Positions 1-8,448 of a DNA stretch of 21,603 nucleotides are shown here, piece by piece. The notes below the pieces were generated by a model. That model had not been told where the DNA came from. It worked only from the letters and a program-made list of their open reading frames with translations, and did not search any database. This DNA is from a virus (lineage: Duplodnaviria > Heunggongvirae > Uroviricota > Caudoviricetes), in IMG/VR virus record IMGVR_UViG_2778261535_000006, positions 1-21,603 of that record, one strand, 5' to 3'. Made by a program: the position numbers and the translations under genes. Within the stretch, counting starts at the first letter, position 1. Each line of letters starts with the position of its first letter.

Positions 1-1511
1 ACATACTGATAGCCAGCAATTTTTTCCTGTAAGGATTTAATCTTACTTTTCTGCTCGTCAATTAACCTGTTCTGCTCCTCCAGAGCCTGCCGCGTCTTTT
101 CTTCATTATCTGCCGCTTCAGGAAGTGACATTGCAGACGTTTTCTGGCGAATTTCGTCGATTGTTGCGGCATACTGACGAGCTGATTCTCTGGCCTGCTC
201 CTGGTTCTGATACATTGTGTACCAGGCCGCCGCCCCCAGCATGACAAGTCCAGGCACACCACCAACCAGCCCCAGAGCACCACTTAACAACCGACTACTA
301 ACTGACGTAACGTTATTCAGCGTTGCCTGTGCCGCTGTTCTGGCAGCAATATTACGGGTAAGTGAAGCCTGTGCGGTTGCCAGTTTCGCTTCTGCTGCAG
401 CCTGTTTTTCTGTACCACGGGCAGCCACAACCGCCTGCTGCGCACGATACAATGCCGCCCGCGCTCTGGCTGTAGCTATCTGTGTCCCTCTGAGCTGTGC
501 CTCAGCAAGAGCCACTTCGTTTCTGGCAGCAGTGATTAACCCGGCAGTTGCAGAGCCCGCAGAGGACGCCATATTGCCAAAATATCGGGCTACACCAATT
601 GCAACCAGAGCTCCCGCCGCCGTGGCAACCGTATCAATATTATTCGCAACACCATTCATTATTCCGGTAAGCGTTTTCGTTGCACCGCTGGCATCATTCG
701 CACCACCAACCCAGGCCATAAAGGCGTTTTCAACTTTGGTTGCAGAGGATGATACGGTATCAGGCATGGCTGCATATTCATCCCGCAGCGTACCAAGCTG
801 GCTAATCAGTGCAGGAACAACCTTATCGGCGGTCAGCTTTCCATCATCCGCCATTGCCTTCAGATCTTTACGGGCAACCCCCATTCCTGCAGCCAGAGCA
901 CGAATAACACGATCACCGCTTTCATTTACTGAATTAAACTCTTCACCGCGCAGAACCCCTTGCGCCAGTGCCTGGCTGAACTGAGTGATCACCGAGCTGG
1001 CTTCCGCAGAACTGGCTCCGGACAATTTCAATCCTGTAGAAATGGCCTCGGTAACTTTCAGTACTTCCTCAGACCTGTAACCATATTCCCGCATAGAAGA
1101 AGCCGAACGTGCAAAAAGACTGGCGTTATCAGCAAAAGCAGTACCCGTTCTCTGGCTGATCGCCATCAATTCGCGCTGTGATGCCTGGAAATCATCGCTG
1201 GACTGCGTGGCCTGCTTCAGACGGGCATTTACTGAACTCCATTCATCCGCAAGAGATATAAGATGTCCAGTGGCAAAAGCACCGGCAAATGCGCCAGCCA
1301 TATTCAGTGCCGAAGACTTCGCCGTATTTATCTGCTCGGTCACTTCTGCCAGTGCTCGCCGCATATCACGGGATGCAGCTGCAGACTGTCGACCTCCGTT
1401 CTGCATGGTACGGTAGTACTCCTGTCCCATACGTGAAGCTCGCGCAATTTCTGACTGGAATGACTGCGAATTTGCCGAGATTTTTATAATCAGTTCGCGT
1501 AGTGACGCCAT
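1..1511 (-). CDS. Tail tape measure protein, N-terminal ~500 codons (gene continues past the window start)
   Basis: Minus-strand frame opens with ATG at 1511..1509 (MASLRELIIKISANSQSFQ...) preceded by GGAG 8 nt upstream, and runs without a stop to position 1. Ala/Gln-rich with a Gly-rich hydrophobic segment (GALGLVGGVPGLVMLGAAAW), directly downstream of the G/GT chaperone pair. Not in the ORF track because it is truncated by the window edge. Confidence 0.7.
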   Translation of the reverse strand, partial: MASLRELIIKISANSQSFQSEIARASRMGQEYYRTMQNGGRQSAAASRDMRRALAEVTEQINTAKSSALNMAGAFAGAFATGHLISLADEWSSVNARLKQATQSSDDFQASQRELMAISQRTGTAFADNASLFARSASSMREYGYRSEEVLKVTEAISTGLKLSGASSAEASSVITQFSQALAQGVLRGEEFNSVNESGDRVIRALAAGMGVARKDLKAMADDGKLTADKVVPALISQLGTLRDEYAAMPDTVSSSATKVENAFMAWVGGANDASGATKTLTGIMNGVANNIDTVATAAGALVAIGVARYFGNMASSAGSATAGLITAARNEVALAEAQLRGTQIATARARAALYRAQQAVVAARGTEKQAAAEAKLATAQASLTRNIAARTAAQATLNNVTSVSSRLLSGALGLVGGVPGLVMLGAAAWYTMYQNQEQARESARQYAATIDEIRQKTSAMSLPEAADNEEKTRQALEEQNRLIDEQKSKIKSLQEKIAGYQY

Positions 1512-1525
1512 TCTCGTTCTCCAGG

Positions 1526-1556
1526 CAAAAAAAAACCGCCGAAGCGGTTTTTGCTT
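1526..1556 (-). terminator. Intrinsic terminator after the moron gene, before the tape measure gene
   Basis: Stem AACCGC / GCGGTT with loop CGAA (1534..1549), flanked by an A-run (1526..1535) and a T-run (1548..1557); on the minus strand the hairpin is followed by nine U. Confidence 0.6.
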
Positions 1557-1898
1557 TTAAAGAAGCCCAGCCTTACGCCTTGCTTCTTCAAGATATTCAT
1601 CATCCGTTTTTTGCGAAACGGTACTATCAGGGTTATGTGTTAAATCACTACCGCAATGCTTACACTTAATGGCTTCTTCTTTGATCAACTCCGCACAGTA
1701 AGGGCATTTTTTCATGCCATTGCTCACCATTTGTTGCTCATGCGTTTTTTCATCTTTTTGGATTACAAGTGAATGAACCAGGGCAACGATAAAGAGTAAG
1801 GCTCCGTATATCCACCATCCCCAAAATGAACGCCCTTTACTTTGCGCGATAATAGCCGGAATTAACCCCAAGACTAGCGCAATAAGAATAACTTCCAT
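1557..1898 (-). CDS. Small membrane protein with C-terminal zinc-ribbon (CPYC...CKHC); moron-like accessory gene
   Basis: ATG at 1898 with AAGGAG 6 nt upstream; two N-terminal hydrophobic helices (VILIALVLGLIPAIIA, WIYGALLFIVALVHSLVI), then Cys-x2-Cys...Cys-x2-Cys. Inserted between the GT chaperone and tape measure genes and followed by its own terminator. Confidence 0.6.
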   Translation of the reverse strand: MEVILIALVLGLIPAIIAQSKGRSFWGWWIYGALLFIVALVHSLVIQKDEKTHEQQMVSNGMKKCPYCAELIKEEAIKCKHCGSDLTHNPDSTVSQKTDDEYLEEARRKAGLL

Positions 1899-1956
1899 CA
1901 ATATCTCCTTATTTACTTAATAAAAATCGGAATCATAATCCAGTAAAGTAAGAAGA

Positions 1957-2639
1957 TCATTGTGTCGCTGCAAATAATGCATTTTCAAACGCAGTGAACG
2001 GATCTTTAATATTATTTGCAGGAACGACCTCCCACTGAAGAATCGCTTCATTCAGTGGAACTTTGACACCCTGCGCCCCGTAAACTGCAGAAACTATCTG
2101 GGCAGCCCGGATATCAGCCCGCTCGTCACCCAGCGGGCTGATCCTGTCAAATTCTGCCCACATCATGATTTCCGATGCAGACATTTCCCGGCGTAACTCT
2201 GACAATGTGCGCCCCATCCTGAGCGCCAGCATCATCAGAAAACGAATACCCGGAAGTGCTACTTTTTTTTAATAACTTCAGCATCAGTGATCAGTTCCAG
2301 TGACTGACGAAGCAGTCGTGCATGTACCGGACCATATACTGTAAGTACCTGCTCCCGATCATCCGCTGAAAACACGGGTTGCATCCCGGTATCACACAGA
2401 ACATCGATGAACAGTTCAACATCCGCTTCAAGATTTCGGCGGGCACGCTCCGCAACTGATAACGGTGTATCATCATCTCCGGTTTTAACGATCTCCTGCC
2501 AACGTAACCAGGCTTCTGCAGAGGGTTCCCGTAATACAACCGTTGTACCTTCCCACTCAGGAACATCAACTGTTTTGTGGCGAAAACCAGACATCGTCGC
2601 CAGTGCCAGATTGCGGATATTTTTAGACATAGATTTCAT
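1957..2639 (-). CDS. Tail assembly chaperone G-T fusion product made by -1 programmed frameshift
   Basis: Heptamer A AAA AAG at minus 2268..2262, directly before the G stop codon (2261..2259). The -1 frame continues open (KKVALPGIRFLMMLALRMGR...) to the stop at 1957, the same frame as track ORF 1957..2235. Confidence 0.6.
2259..2639 (-). CDS. Tail assembly chaperone (lambda gpG-like)
   Basis: 126-aa ORF immediately downstream of the major tail gene, AAGGAGG RBS before ATG 2639, ends ...EVIKKK* on a slippery A-AAA-AAG run; position and size match G-type chaperones. Confidence 0.7.
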   Translation of the reverse strand: MKSMSKNIRNLALATMSGFRHKTVDVPEWEGTTVVLREPSAEAWLRWQEIVKTGDDDTPLSVAERARRNLEADVELFIDVLCDTGMQPVFSADDREQVLTVYGPVHARLLRQSLELITDAEVIKKK

Positions 2640-2644
2640 CCTCC

Positions 2645-3349
2645 TTAACTGACAGTTACGGTGCAGGAAGTGGAGGTCACCTTATTAACCGGGCTTGCTG
2701 AATCAGAAACCTCACAGGTATACGCACCGGCATCTCCGGATGTCACGGAGGCCTTGTTGAAAGTTGCCGATGTCTGCCCGGAAACTGGAGAGCTGCCTTT
2801 CTTCCAGACATATGAATAAGGAGGCACACCACCTGATGCCTCAACAGACATATTCAGCGTTTCACTGGCAGAAACCTGTAGTGTACTTTTCAAATCAGAG
2901 AGGAGTTTCAAAGGTTCAGTGGTCAGAGAGGGCTTTCCTTTCAGGCGCAGGGAAAATGTGGCAGCAACAACACCGTTGGTTCCCACAGACCAGGTATGCT
3001 GGCGAACTTCTGCCATAAAGGTAAATCCATTTCCTGACGGGAAAATAACTTTGAAACCGTATGTGGTGTCGTTGTCATAAGCACTACGCAACGCGTTCTG
3101 GGCAGCGTTGAGATAAAAGTTTCCTGACATGGAAATCTCTGAAGCAGCCCCAAGACCGTTGATATTCTCCTGCTCGGTAGAACACAGCGTAGTGACATCA
3201 ATATCCTGTTTCTGCCCGGCGGTAAACTGAACCTCTTTAATCGTACAGCTCAGTTCAAGAAAACTGGCAGAACTCAGCGTTTCTGCCGTTACCGGTGCAG
3301 ACGAGATCATGACTTTGGTCTGCTGAGAACGTTCAAAATTAGAGGACAT
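2645..3349 (-). CDS. Major tail protein with C-terminal Ig-like (Big_2-type) domain
   Basis: Start taken at ATG 3349 (MSSNFERS...) with GGAG 7 nt upstream rather than the track start at 3400. C-terminal ~80 aa Ser/Thr-rich with the Ig-like pattern PPYSYVWKKG...GAYTCEVSD...CTVTV. Sits between tail completion genes and the G/GT pair. Confidence 0.7.
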   Translation of the reverse strand: MSSNFERSQQTKVMISSAPVTAETLSSASFLELSCTIKEVQFTAGQKQDIDVTTLCSTEQENINGLGAASEISMSGNFYLNAAQNALRSAYDNDTTYGFKVIFPSGNGFTFMAEVRQHTWSVGTNGVVAATFSLRLKGKPSLTTEPLKLLSDLKSTLQVSASETLNMSVEASGGVPPYSYVWKKGSSPVSGQTSATFNKASVTSGDAGAYTCEVSDSASPVNKVTSTSCTVTVS

Positions 3350-3361
3350 ACTCGTCTCCTG

Positions 3362-3387
3362 AAAATAAAAAACCCGCCAGCGGCGGG
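3362..3387 (-). terminator. Terminator-like hairpin plus U-run immediately upstream of the major tail gene RBS
   Basis: Minus strand: CCCGCC-GCT-GGCGGG (3373..3387) followed by TTTTTTATTTT, then CAGGAG and ATG 3349. Confidence 0.45.
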
Positions 3388-3408
3388 TGGGTAAAATCAT
3401 TAACGACC

Positions 3409-3753
3409 TCAGGCAATTACCTGAAATTCAAGCGTAGCTCTGCTCAGACGGGAATCAGGATCATAACCCTGAGTTTTAGAAATAACGGATGGTGCCAGTT
3501 CCCTTACCGCATCAAGCGCCTGCTCACGGATATCATCTGCGTCATCAGGAGCCGTTGCCCAGATATCAATCTGCACTGTGATTCTGGATTCAGCCTGACC
3601 ATCAAGCACATCAGACGCGATGTCAGACACCACTGAAAACACCAGCCATGGTGGAAATACCGCAGGCTTTCCCTCCGTCAGCGGGACCACATAAGGATAA
3701 ACCTGCCCTCCGGCCAGTTTGGACAGAAGAGCATACAGCGTGGCTTCTCTCAT
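3409..3753 (-). CDS. Tail component, probable tail terminator / tail completion protein
   Basis: 114-aa ORF between the HK97 gp10-like gene and the major tail gene; call is by position in the head-tail joining block only. Confidence 0.45.
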   Translation of the reverse strand: MREATLYALLSKLAGGQVYPYVVPLTEGKPAVFPPWLVFSVVSDIASDVLDGQAESRITVQIDIWATAPDDADDIREQALDAVRELAPSVISKTQGYDPDSRLSRATLEFQVIA

Positions 3754-4220
3754 TTACTCAGCACCCCATCAATAGCCTGATTCATATGCTTCATGGCAAC
3801 CTGTGCTGCCAGCTCCTCTGTCATATCAAAGGCCGGGCGAATGAACGGATGGGCAGGCATATTGATAGTCCCCAGCTCCACGAAACGCCAGTAAAACGCG
3901 TTTCGCGGATCGCTGGCTTTCATGCTGTTATCACTGTTTCCGGTTCGCAGATTCCGCCCACGAATGTGGACACCAGAGATAATTTCACCACGACGCCGTG
4001 AACGCTGAGTCAGAATAACCACGTTTTTCTTCAGTTTTCCGGTTCGCTCTGGCGCATGGTCAATAACCGCCTCCCGGATAACCTCTGCTCCGGCACGGGA
4101 GGCATCGCGAAGCACCTTATTACTCTCTGCTCTGCTGAGAAGTTCCAGATCTCTTGCAATATCCGCCAGGCCAGAAAAATCCAGACTAAAATCCGTCACA
4201 TTCCACCTCTCTGGCTGCAA
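3750..4220 (-). CDS. Head-tail joining protein (HK97 gp10-like family)
   Basis: 156-aa ORF overlapping its neighbours by 4 and 25 nt; size and position fit this family. Confidence 0.5.
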   Translation of the reverse strand: MQPERWNVTDFSLDFSGLADIARDLELLSRAESNKVLRDASRAGAEVIREAVIDHAPERTGKLKKNVVILTQRSRRRGEIISGVHIRGRNLRTGNSDNSMKASDPRNAFYWRFVELGTINMPAHPFIRPAFDMTEELAAQVAMKHMNQAIDGVLSK

Positions 4221-4534
4221 AGTATTTCAAGCCTGGAGGATCGTGCGTCCGGGATCGGCGGCCCGTCGATATTCAGAATGGCTCCCTTGAATGCCCCTGT
4301 CAGCACTTTCAGACGTGAGGCGGCCGTCACATCGCGCCGAAATCGCATCCAGACTCTTACTGTTGTCTGCGCGGTTTCCGCACCGCCCGATATACGTTCC
4401 CGCCCACTGATCCCCTTAACCTCTGCCCATACCGTAGCCCCCTCTTTCAGGGTTTCCTCCGGGTGACCGGAAGGGGTACGGGAGGTCGTAATATTCAGAA
4501 TAACCACGCGATCACGTAATCTTCCTGCCTGCAT
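4196..4534 (-). CDS. Head closure / head-tail adaptor protein
   Basis: 112-aa ORF between the gp6-like connector and the gp10-like gene; positional call. Confidence 0.5.
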   Translation of the reverse strand: MQAGRLRDRVVILNITTSRTPSGHPEETLKEGATVWAEVKGISGRERISGGAETAQTTVRVWMRFRRDVTAASRLKVLTGAFKGAILNIDGPPIPDARSSRLEILCSQRGGM

Positions 4535-4543
4535 GAAATCCTC

Positions 4544-4849
4544 CTATGTTCCGGGATGAAACCGATACATTCGGAGTCCGGTATAGAAAAAATCAGGTAC
4601 AGCATCCTGCATTTCCCTGTTCTCGTACCAGTAGCCAACCAGTTGCATAAGACGCAGCTTTATCAGCGGTGTTATTACAAGCCCGGTCGTATCCTGATCA
4701 GGAACAGTTTCATCGTGAAGTGTCCGGTTTAAAAACTTTTCAGCCTCTTCTCTGGCTGCTGCCAGATACATCATAAGAAGTGCATTCTCCTGTTCATTGT
4801 CATCATCAATCCGGCACTGAACACGAAGCTCTTCCAGAGTAGGCATCAT
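4544..4849 (-). CDS. gp6-like head-tail connector protein
   Basis: N-terminus MMPTLEELRVQCRIDDDNEQENALLMMYLAAAREEAE matches the characteristic start of gp6-type connectors (LEE..K.HLRID...E..LI...AAAR.Y.E). Confidence 0.6.
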   Translation of the reverse strand: MMPTLEELRVQCRIDDDNEQENALLMMYLAAAREEAEKFLNRTLHDETVPDQDTTGLVITPLIKLRLMQLVGYWYENREMQDAVPDFFYTGLRMYRFHPGT

Positions 4850-4860
4850 TTGGGCTACCT

Positions 4861-5112
4861 CTAAGAATGCTGTTTTTTAGCCTTATCAGATACCCGTGCA
4901 ACAGGTGTTCTCTTATCAGAAACAATCCCTGCTGCAGTGGCAATTTCACGTACCCGTTCGGGTAATTCTTTATCTTCATACTCACCAGCACGAATGATCT
5001 CAACGCGCATACCGTCCGGTGACCATTTCAGATCTTGTTTCAGGATCATGATTCTTTCACCTGTCAGAACAGGGGCGCAATTCAGCGCCCCTGAGTGATT
5101 ACGCCGCTGCAA
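4861..5112 (-). CDS. Hypothetical small protein downstream of the capsid remnant (start uncertain; an internal ATG near 5049 is possible)
   Basis: ORF only, weak RBS; kept because it fills the gap between the capsid remnant and the connector gene. Confidence 0.3.
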   Translation of the reverse strand: MQRRNHSGALNCAPVLTGERIMILKQDLKWSPDGMRVEIIRAGEYEDKELPERVREIATAAGIVSDKRTPVARVSDKAKKQHS

Positions 5113-5710
5113 TCTTCAGCAGTTTGATGGCCTGCGAATCGACCAGCATGCCGCCGGTGCGCTTGGTGGTATAAAAACCGACAAACGGTTTATTGGTGTA
5201 CGGGTCGCGCAGAATGCGGGTGCCGATACGGTCAACGATGGTGTAACCCCGTTTGAAGTTACCAAATGCAATAGCTTTCGCATCCGCAGCGATATCCGGC
5301 ATCTGCTCGTTTTCAGCGATACCGTAACCCGCCAGAGAGGACGGTTGCCCCAGTTCCAGCCCCGGACGCCACAGATAATTACCCTCGGTGTCTTTCAGCA
5401 GACGGATGGCAAACAGGCTGTTGTTGTTCATCATGAACTTCGCACCAGTGCGGTGTGCCTTACGCAGCGTGTAAATCAGTTTGATAACGGCGTCTGCGGT
5501 CACCGTCGTCGCTTCGCCGGATACAATATGCTGAAGTTTGCCGAACGCACGAACATTATCGGTTTCATCGGTGGATTCATACGCCAGGAACCCTTTCGGC
5601 TTCTTGGTACCATCGCCGGTGGTAAAGGCAATTTCTTCCTGTTCGGCAAATTCGGTTGCCAGCTCGCTGTTGATCCAGGCTTCCACGTTGAAAAAGGCAT
5701 CATCCAGCAT
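5099..5710 (-). pseudogene. Major capsid protein (HK97 fold), C-terminal ~200 codons only
   Basis: Begins mid-protein at the HK97-family motif E.EE.AF..GDG..KP.GFL ([21 protein letters not shown]) and ends ...FVGFYTTKRTGGMLVDSQAIKLLKIAAA. Upstream in this frame is terminase DNA read out of frame, so the N-terminal half of the capsid protein is absent. Confidence 0.6.
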
Positions 5711-7416
5711 TTTCTGGGTGGCCTGCGGTCTTCTTTCTCGTACAGCATGGCTCTGCCAACCGCCATAATCAGCGCAACTGCACCATCGATTTTGTTTTCC
5801 GCCTGCTCTTTGACGGGCTTCACCACATCATCGTTACCCGGAATGGTTTTGCCGACCACGTTGCCGATACACCAGGTCATGATGGGATTGCCATCATGAT
5901 GAAAGCGCCCCGATTCAATTGCCGCTTCCAGCTCTTTCATCGGGTCGGACATGTTGGTGTAGTTCTGAATGATAGTGATGGGGTTCAGGTCTTCATCAGC
6001 AAGGTCATGTGACAACCCGGTCGCCCCGAAGGGGTCGATGGGTGACTCACTGACCGGGCTGATTTTGTTCGCCGCTTTGGCCTCCTCGAGGATGTAGCGA
6101 TAATCCACCTCCGCACCATCGGTAACGGTCAGAACGCCCATTTCCACCCATTTCTGAAAGCGTTCGGCTGTCCGTCGATCTTCATTTTTCTCGACGCTGT
6201 ACACCGTGTCATACGGTACCCAGAAACGCGGGGCCACACTGTAGTAATGCGTTTTACCGTCAATCTCGCGGGTATAAAGTCGCGCCATGCTGTTCATATC
6301 CAGCTTACGCGCCAGGTCAAAGGCCAGAATGCACGGCTGCCCCTCGAACTGCTCAAGGGTCAGTGATTTATCCTCGCAGCTCTGCCAGCTCACCAGGTTG
6401 AAATACGCCGAACGCGCCGACACCCAGATATTGAGGTGTTTTGTTTTAAAGACGTTTGCCAGACGGGCGTTATTTTTCGCACGCTGCTGCTGACTTAACA
6501 AAAATTCGCGATAAACCGACACGCCAATATTCGGGTTAGCTTTTTCCAGCACCTGCGGGTCGGTCCAGTCATCGCCTTCGTCAACGGTATAGATGATCCC
6601 GAACAGTTCATCGTTGGGTACCGACCCGTTGAGCATCTCGATAACTTCCCGTCGCTTGTCGTAGCACGGCCCCTCAATGTTGTACCCGGCAGTAGTAATG
6701 GCCCACATCAGTGGCTGACGTCGCGCCCCCATCCCGGTAAGCATCGTGGTGTAAAGCGCATCGGTGGCGTGCTCGTGATATTCATCCACCACCGCACAGT
6801 GGGGTGATGAACCATCACCGGGGTTACCGATCAGCGGTTCAAACCGCGCGCCATCCTCCGGACGATTCATGTTTGAGGCGTTAACCTCAATCCCGAACGC
6901 TTCCGTCAGCATGGGTGTGCGTTTACACATCAGTCTTGCCGGACGAAAGACTTCCCATGCCTGTTTCTCCGTCGTGGCACCGGAATACACTTCCGCGCCG
7001 AACTCGTTATCACAGGCAAAACAATACAGGGCGACACCGGCAGAGATTGCTGATTTGCCGTTCTTACGGGGGATTTCGGTATACACCTCCCGGAAGCGGC
7101 GCAGCCGGGAGCCTTTATTGACCCAGCCAAACGCGCAGCAGATCACAAAGAGCTGCCACGGCTCCAGCGTGATGGGCATCCTCTTGAATGCCCACTCACC
7201 CTTGGTGTGCGGCAACAGCTGAATAAATTTGGCGGCCCGTTCAGCCAGGTCCTTGTCGAAGCGGTAACGAAACGACTTACTTTTTTCCGCCATCAGGTCA
7301 TCAAGATGGCGCTGGCAGGCCTGAATCACAAACTGGCAGGCCACAATCTTTCCGCGCACAACATCACGGGCATACTGATTGGCAGCATTTACGTTGGGGT
7401 AAGATTTCCGGCTCAT
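5500..7416 (-). CDS. Terminase large subunit; 3' end is abnormal and reads out of frame ~70 codons into the capsid remnant
   Basis: 638-aa ORF, ATGA overlap with the small terminase stop. Terminase-like through ...[22 protein letters not shown], then low-complexity Pro/Arg/Trp-rich text ([19 protein letters not shown]...) that is capsid DNA in the wrong frame. Confidence 0.8.
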   Translation of the reverse strand: MSRKSYPNVNAANQYARDVVRGKIVACQFVIQACQRHLDDLMAEKSKSFRYRFDKDLAERAAKFIQLLPHTKGEWAFKRMPITLEPWQLFVICCAFGWVNKGSRLRRFREVYTEIPRKNGKSAISAGVALYCFACDNEFGAEVYSGATTEKQAWEVFRPARLMCKRTPMLTEAFGIEVNASNMNRPEDGARFEPLIGNPGDGSSPHCAVVDEYHEHATDALYTTMLTGMGARRQPLMWAITTAGYNIEGPCYDKRREVIEMLNGSVPNDELFGIIYTVDEGDDWTDPQVLEKANPNIGVSVYREFLLSQQQRAKNNARLANVFKTKHLNIWVSARSAYFNLVSWQSCEDKSLTLEQFEGQPCILAFDLARKLDMNSMARLYTREIDGKTHYYSVAPRFWVPYDTVYSVEKNEDRRTAERFQKWVEMGVLTVTDGAEVDYRYILEEAKAANKISPVSESPIDPFGATGLSHDLADEDLNPITIIQNYTNMSDPMKELEAAIESGRFHHDGNPIMTWCIGNVVGKTIPGNDDVVKPVKEQAENKIDGAVALIMAVGRAMLYEKEDRRPPRKCWMMPFSTWKPGSTASWQPNLPNRKKLPLPPAMVPRSRKGSWRMNPPMKPIMFVRSANFSILYPAKRRR

Positions 7417-7907
7417 GATTCGATAATTTTCAGAAACGGGTTAGTGGCTTTCTTCTGCCCCGCCAGGCCAATCAGACGCTGGCGGCTGCTGGGGTCGAGT
7501 CCGAGCATTGCCCCCGTACTGCTCATCTCGGACTCCTGTTCTTTTTTGGCGGTCAGCTCCGGATTTTTGACCATGCCGCCCATTGCACCGGTGATGGTGT
7601 TGCCCTGTCTGGCAATATTTTTCACAGCACGTCGCCAGAACTCATAGGCTACGCACCACCGCTCAAGCACTGCGAGGTCAGTCACGCACAGCAGGCCCTG
7701 ACCGCAGAGTTCTTTGGTTGTCAGTTGCCACATGATCGTGGCGAGAGGGAGCTCTTCTTCAGCGAACCACTCCGGTGGCTCAACACCTTTGATGGGCGTA
7801 AAAACGGGTTCATCTTTGTTCAGGGCTCGCTTGCCGGGGTTTCCGGCCAGCGCCTTGCGCGCCGTTGGCTTGGGGCGACGCCCGGAACGCCCCGCCGTTC
7901 CAGCCAT
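7413..7907 (-). CDS. Terminase small subunit (P27-like family)
   Basis: Start taken at ATG 7907 ([18 protein letters not shown]...) with AGGAG 9 nt upstream; stop overlaps the large terminase start; downstream of HNH. Confidence 0.65.
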   Translation of the reverse strand: MAGTAGRSGRRPKPTARKALAGNPGKRALNKDEPVFTPIKGVEPPEWFAEEELPLATIMWQLTTKELCGQGLLCVTDLAVLERWCVAYEFWRRAVKNIARQGNTITGAMGGMVKNPELTAKKEQESEMSSTGAMLGLDPSSRQRLIGLAGQKKATNPFLKIIES

Positions 7908-7957
7908 ATGCGGCACTCCTGGTTAAATTTCATTTTTCGCGGGTATATAAAAACGAT

Positions 7958-8006
7958 GGGGCGGGCAGTCCTGAAGGCGTCAGGTCACAGAGATTTGACC
8001 CGCCCC
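7958..8006. repeat. GC-rich nested palindrome between HNH and small terminase genes; candidate cos site or terminator
   Basis: GGGGCGGG (7958..7965) and CCCGCCCC (7999..8006) are perfect inverted repeats enclosing the inner palindrome CCTGA-aggcg-TCAGG (7970..7984). On the minus strand it is followed by a U-rich tract. Confidence 0.35.
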
Positions 8007-8032
8007 TCCCCTCTGGCAGTGGGAACTGGTTC

Positions 8033-8383
8033 TTACTTCAGCCGTTCACGAGCCGTTTTCGCCTTATGACACGGCCAGCACAGGCTCTGCAGATTGCTGT
8101 CTGAATCTGTGCCGCCATGCGCTTTAGGAATGATGTGGTCAACGGTTTTCGCCTCACGCACCACACCAGCACGCAGACATAACTGACATAAACCTTTGTC
8201 ACGCTTCAGGACGCGCACGCGGATACCATCCCACTTCGAACCATAACCGCGCTGATGACGGGATTGTCCTGGCTTGTATTGCTTCCAGCCTTCACTTTTG
8301 TGGCTTTCGCAATAGCCTGACGGGTCAGTTGTGGTATGGCGGCAGCCGCGAACACGGCAGGCTTTTGGGGTTCGTGGTGGCAT
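8033..8383 (-). CDS. HNH endonuclease (terminase-associated)
   Basis: Start taken at ATG 8383 (MPPRTPKACRVRGC...) with GGAG 7 nt upstream. Cys-rich with HNH motif ...VDHIIPKAHGGTDSDSNLQSLCWPCH; located just upstream of the terminase genes. Confidence 0.8.
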   Translation of the reverse strand: MPPRTPKACRVRGCRHTTTDPSGYCESHKSEGWKQYKPGQSRHQRGYGSKWDGIRVRVLKRDKGLCQLCLRAGVVREAKTVDHIIPKAHGGTDSDSNLQSLCWPCHKAKTARERLK

Positions 8384-8392
8384 GCTGGCTCC

Positions 8393-8418
8393 AATAAAAA
8401 GCCCCGCGACGCGAGGCT
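8393..8418 (-). terminator. Intrinsic terminator-like hairpin after the small membrane protein gene
   Basis: Minus strand: GCCUCGC-guc-GCGGGGC stem followed by UUUUUAUU, immediately before the HNH RBS. Confidence 0.4.
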
Positions 8419-8448
8419 TAGACAGAAAAAACACCGGATAAGATCTGG

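Noticed and set aside
217-1489. Plus-strand ORFs (217..984, 960..1181, 1207..1416, 1289..1489) across the first 1.5 kb
   Set aside because: They are antisense to the tape measure gene, which has a good RBS and an uninterrupted minus-strand frame to the window edge. The plus-strand products are Ala/Arg-rich low-complexity text typical of reverse-strand reading of GC-rich coding DNA.
2291-2652. ORFs 2291..2569 (-) and 2407..2652 (+) overlapping the G-like chaperone gene
   Set aside because: Alternative-frame and antisense overlaps of a well-supported gene; no independent start signals.
5345-5899. Plus-strand 184-aa ORF and other plus-strand ORFs (5538..5768, 6287..6493, 6869..7222, 7207..7647) over the terminase and capsid region
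   Set aside because: Antisense to the clearly recognisable terminase and capsid frames; no RBS and low-complexity composition.
7714-8104. Plus-strand ORFs overlapping the small terminase and HNH genes
   Set aside because: Antisense to genes with recognisable motifs (HNH) and RBS-supported starts.
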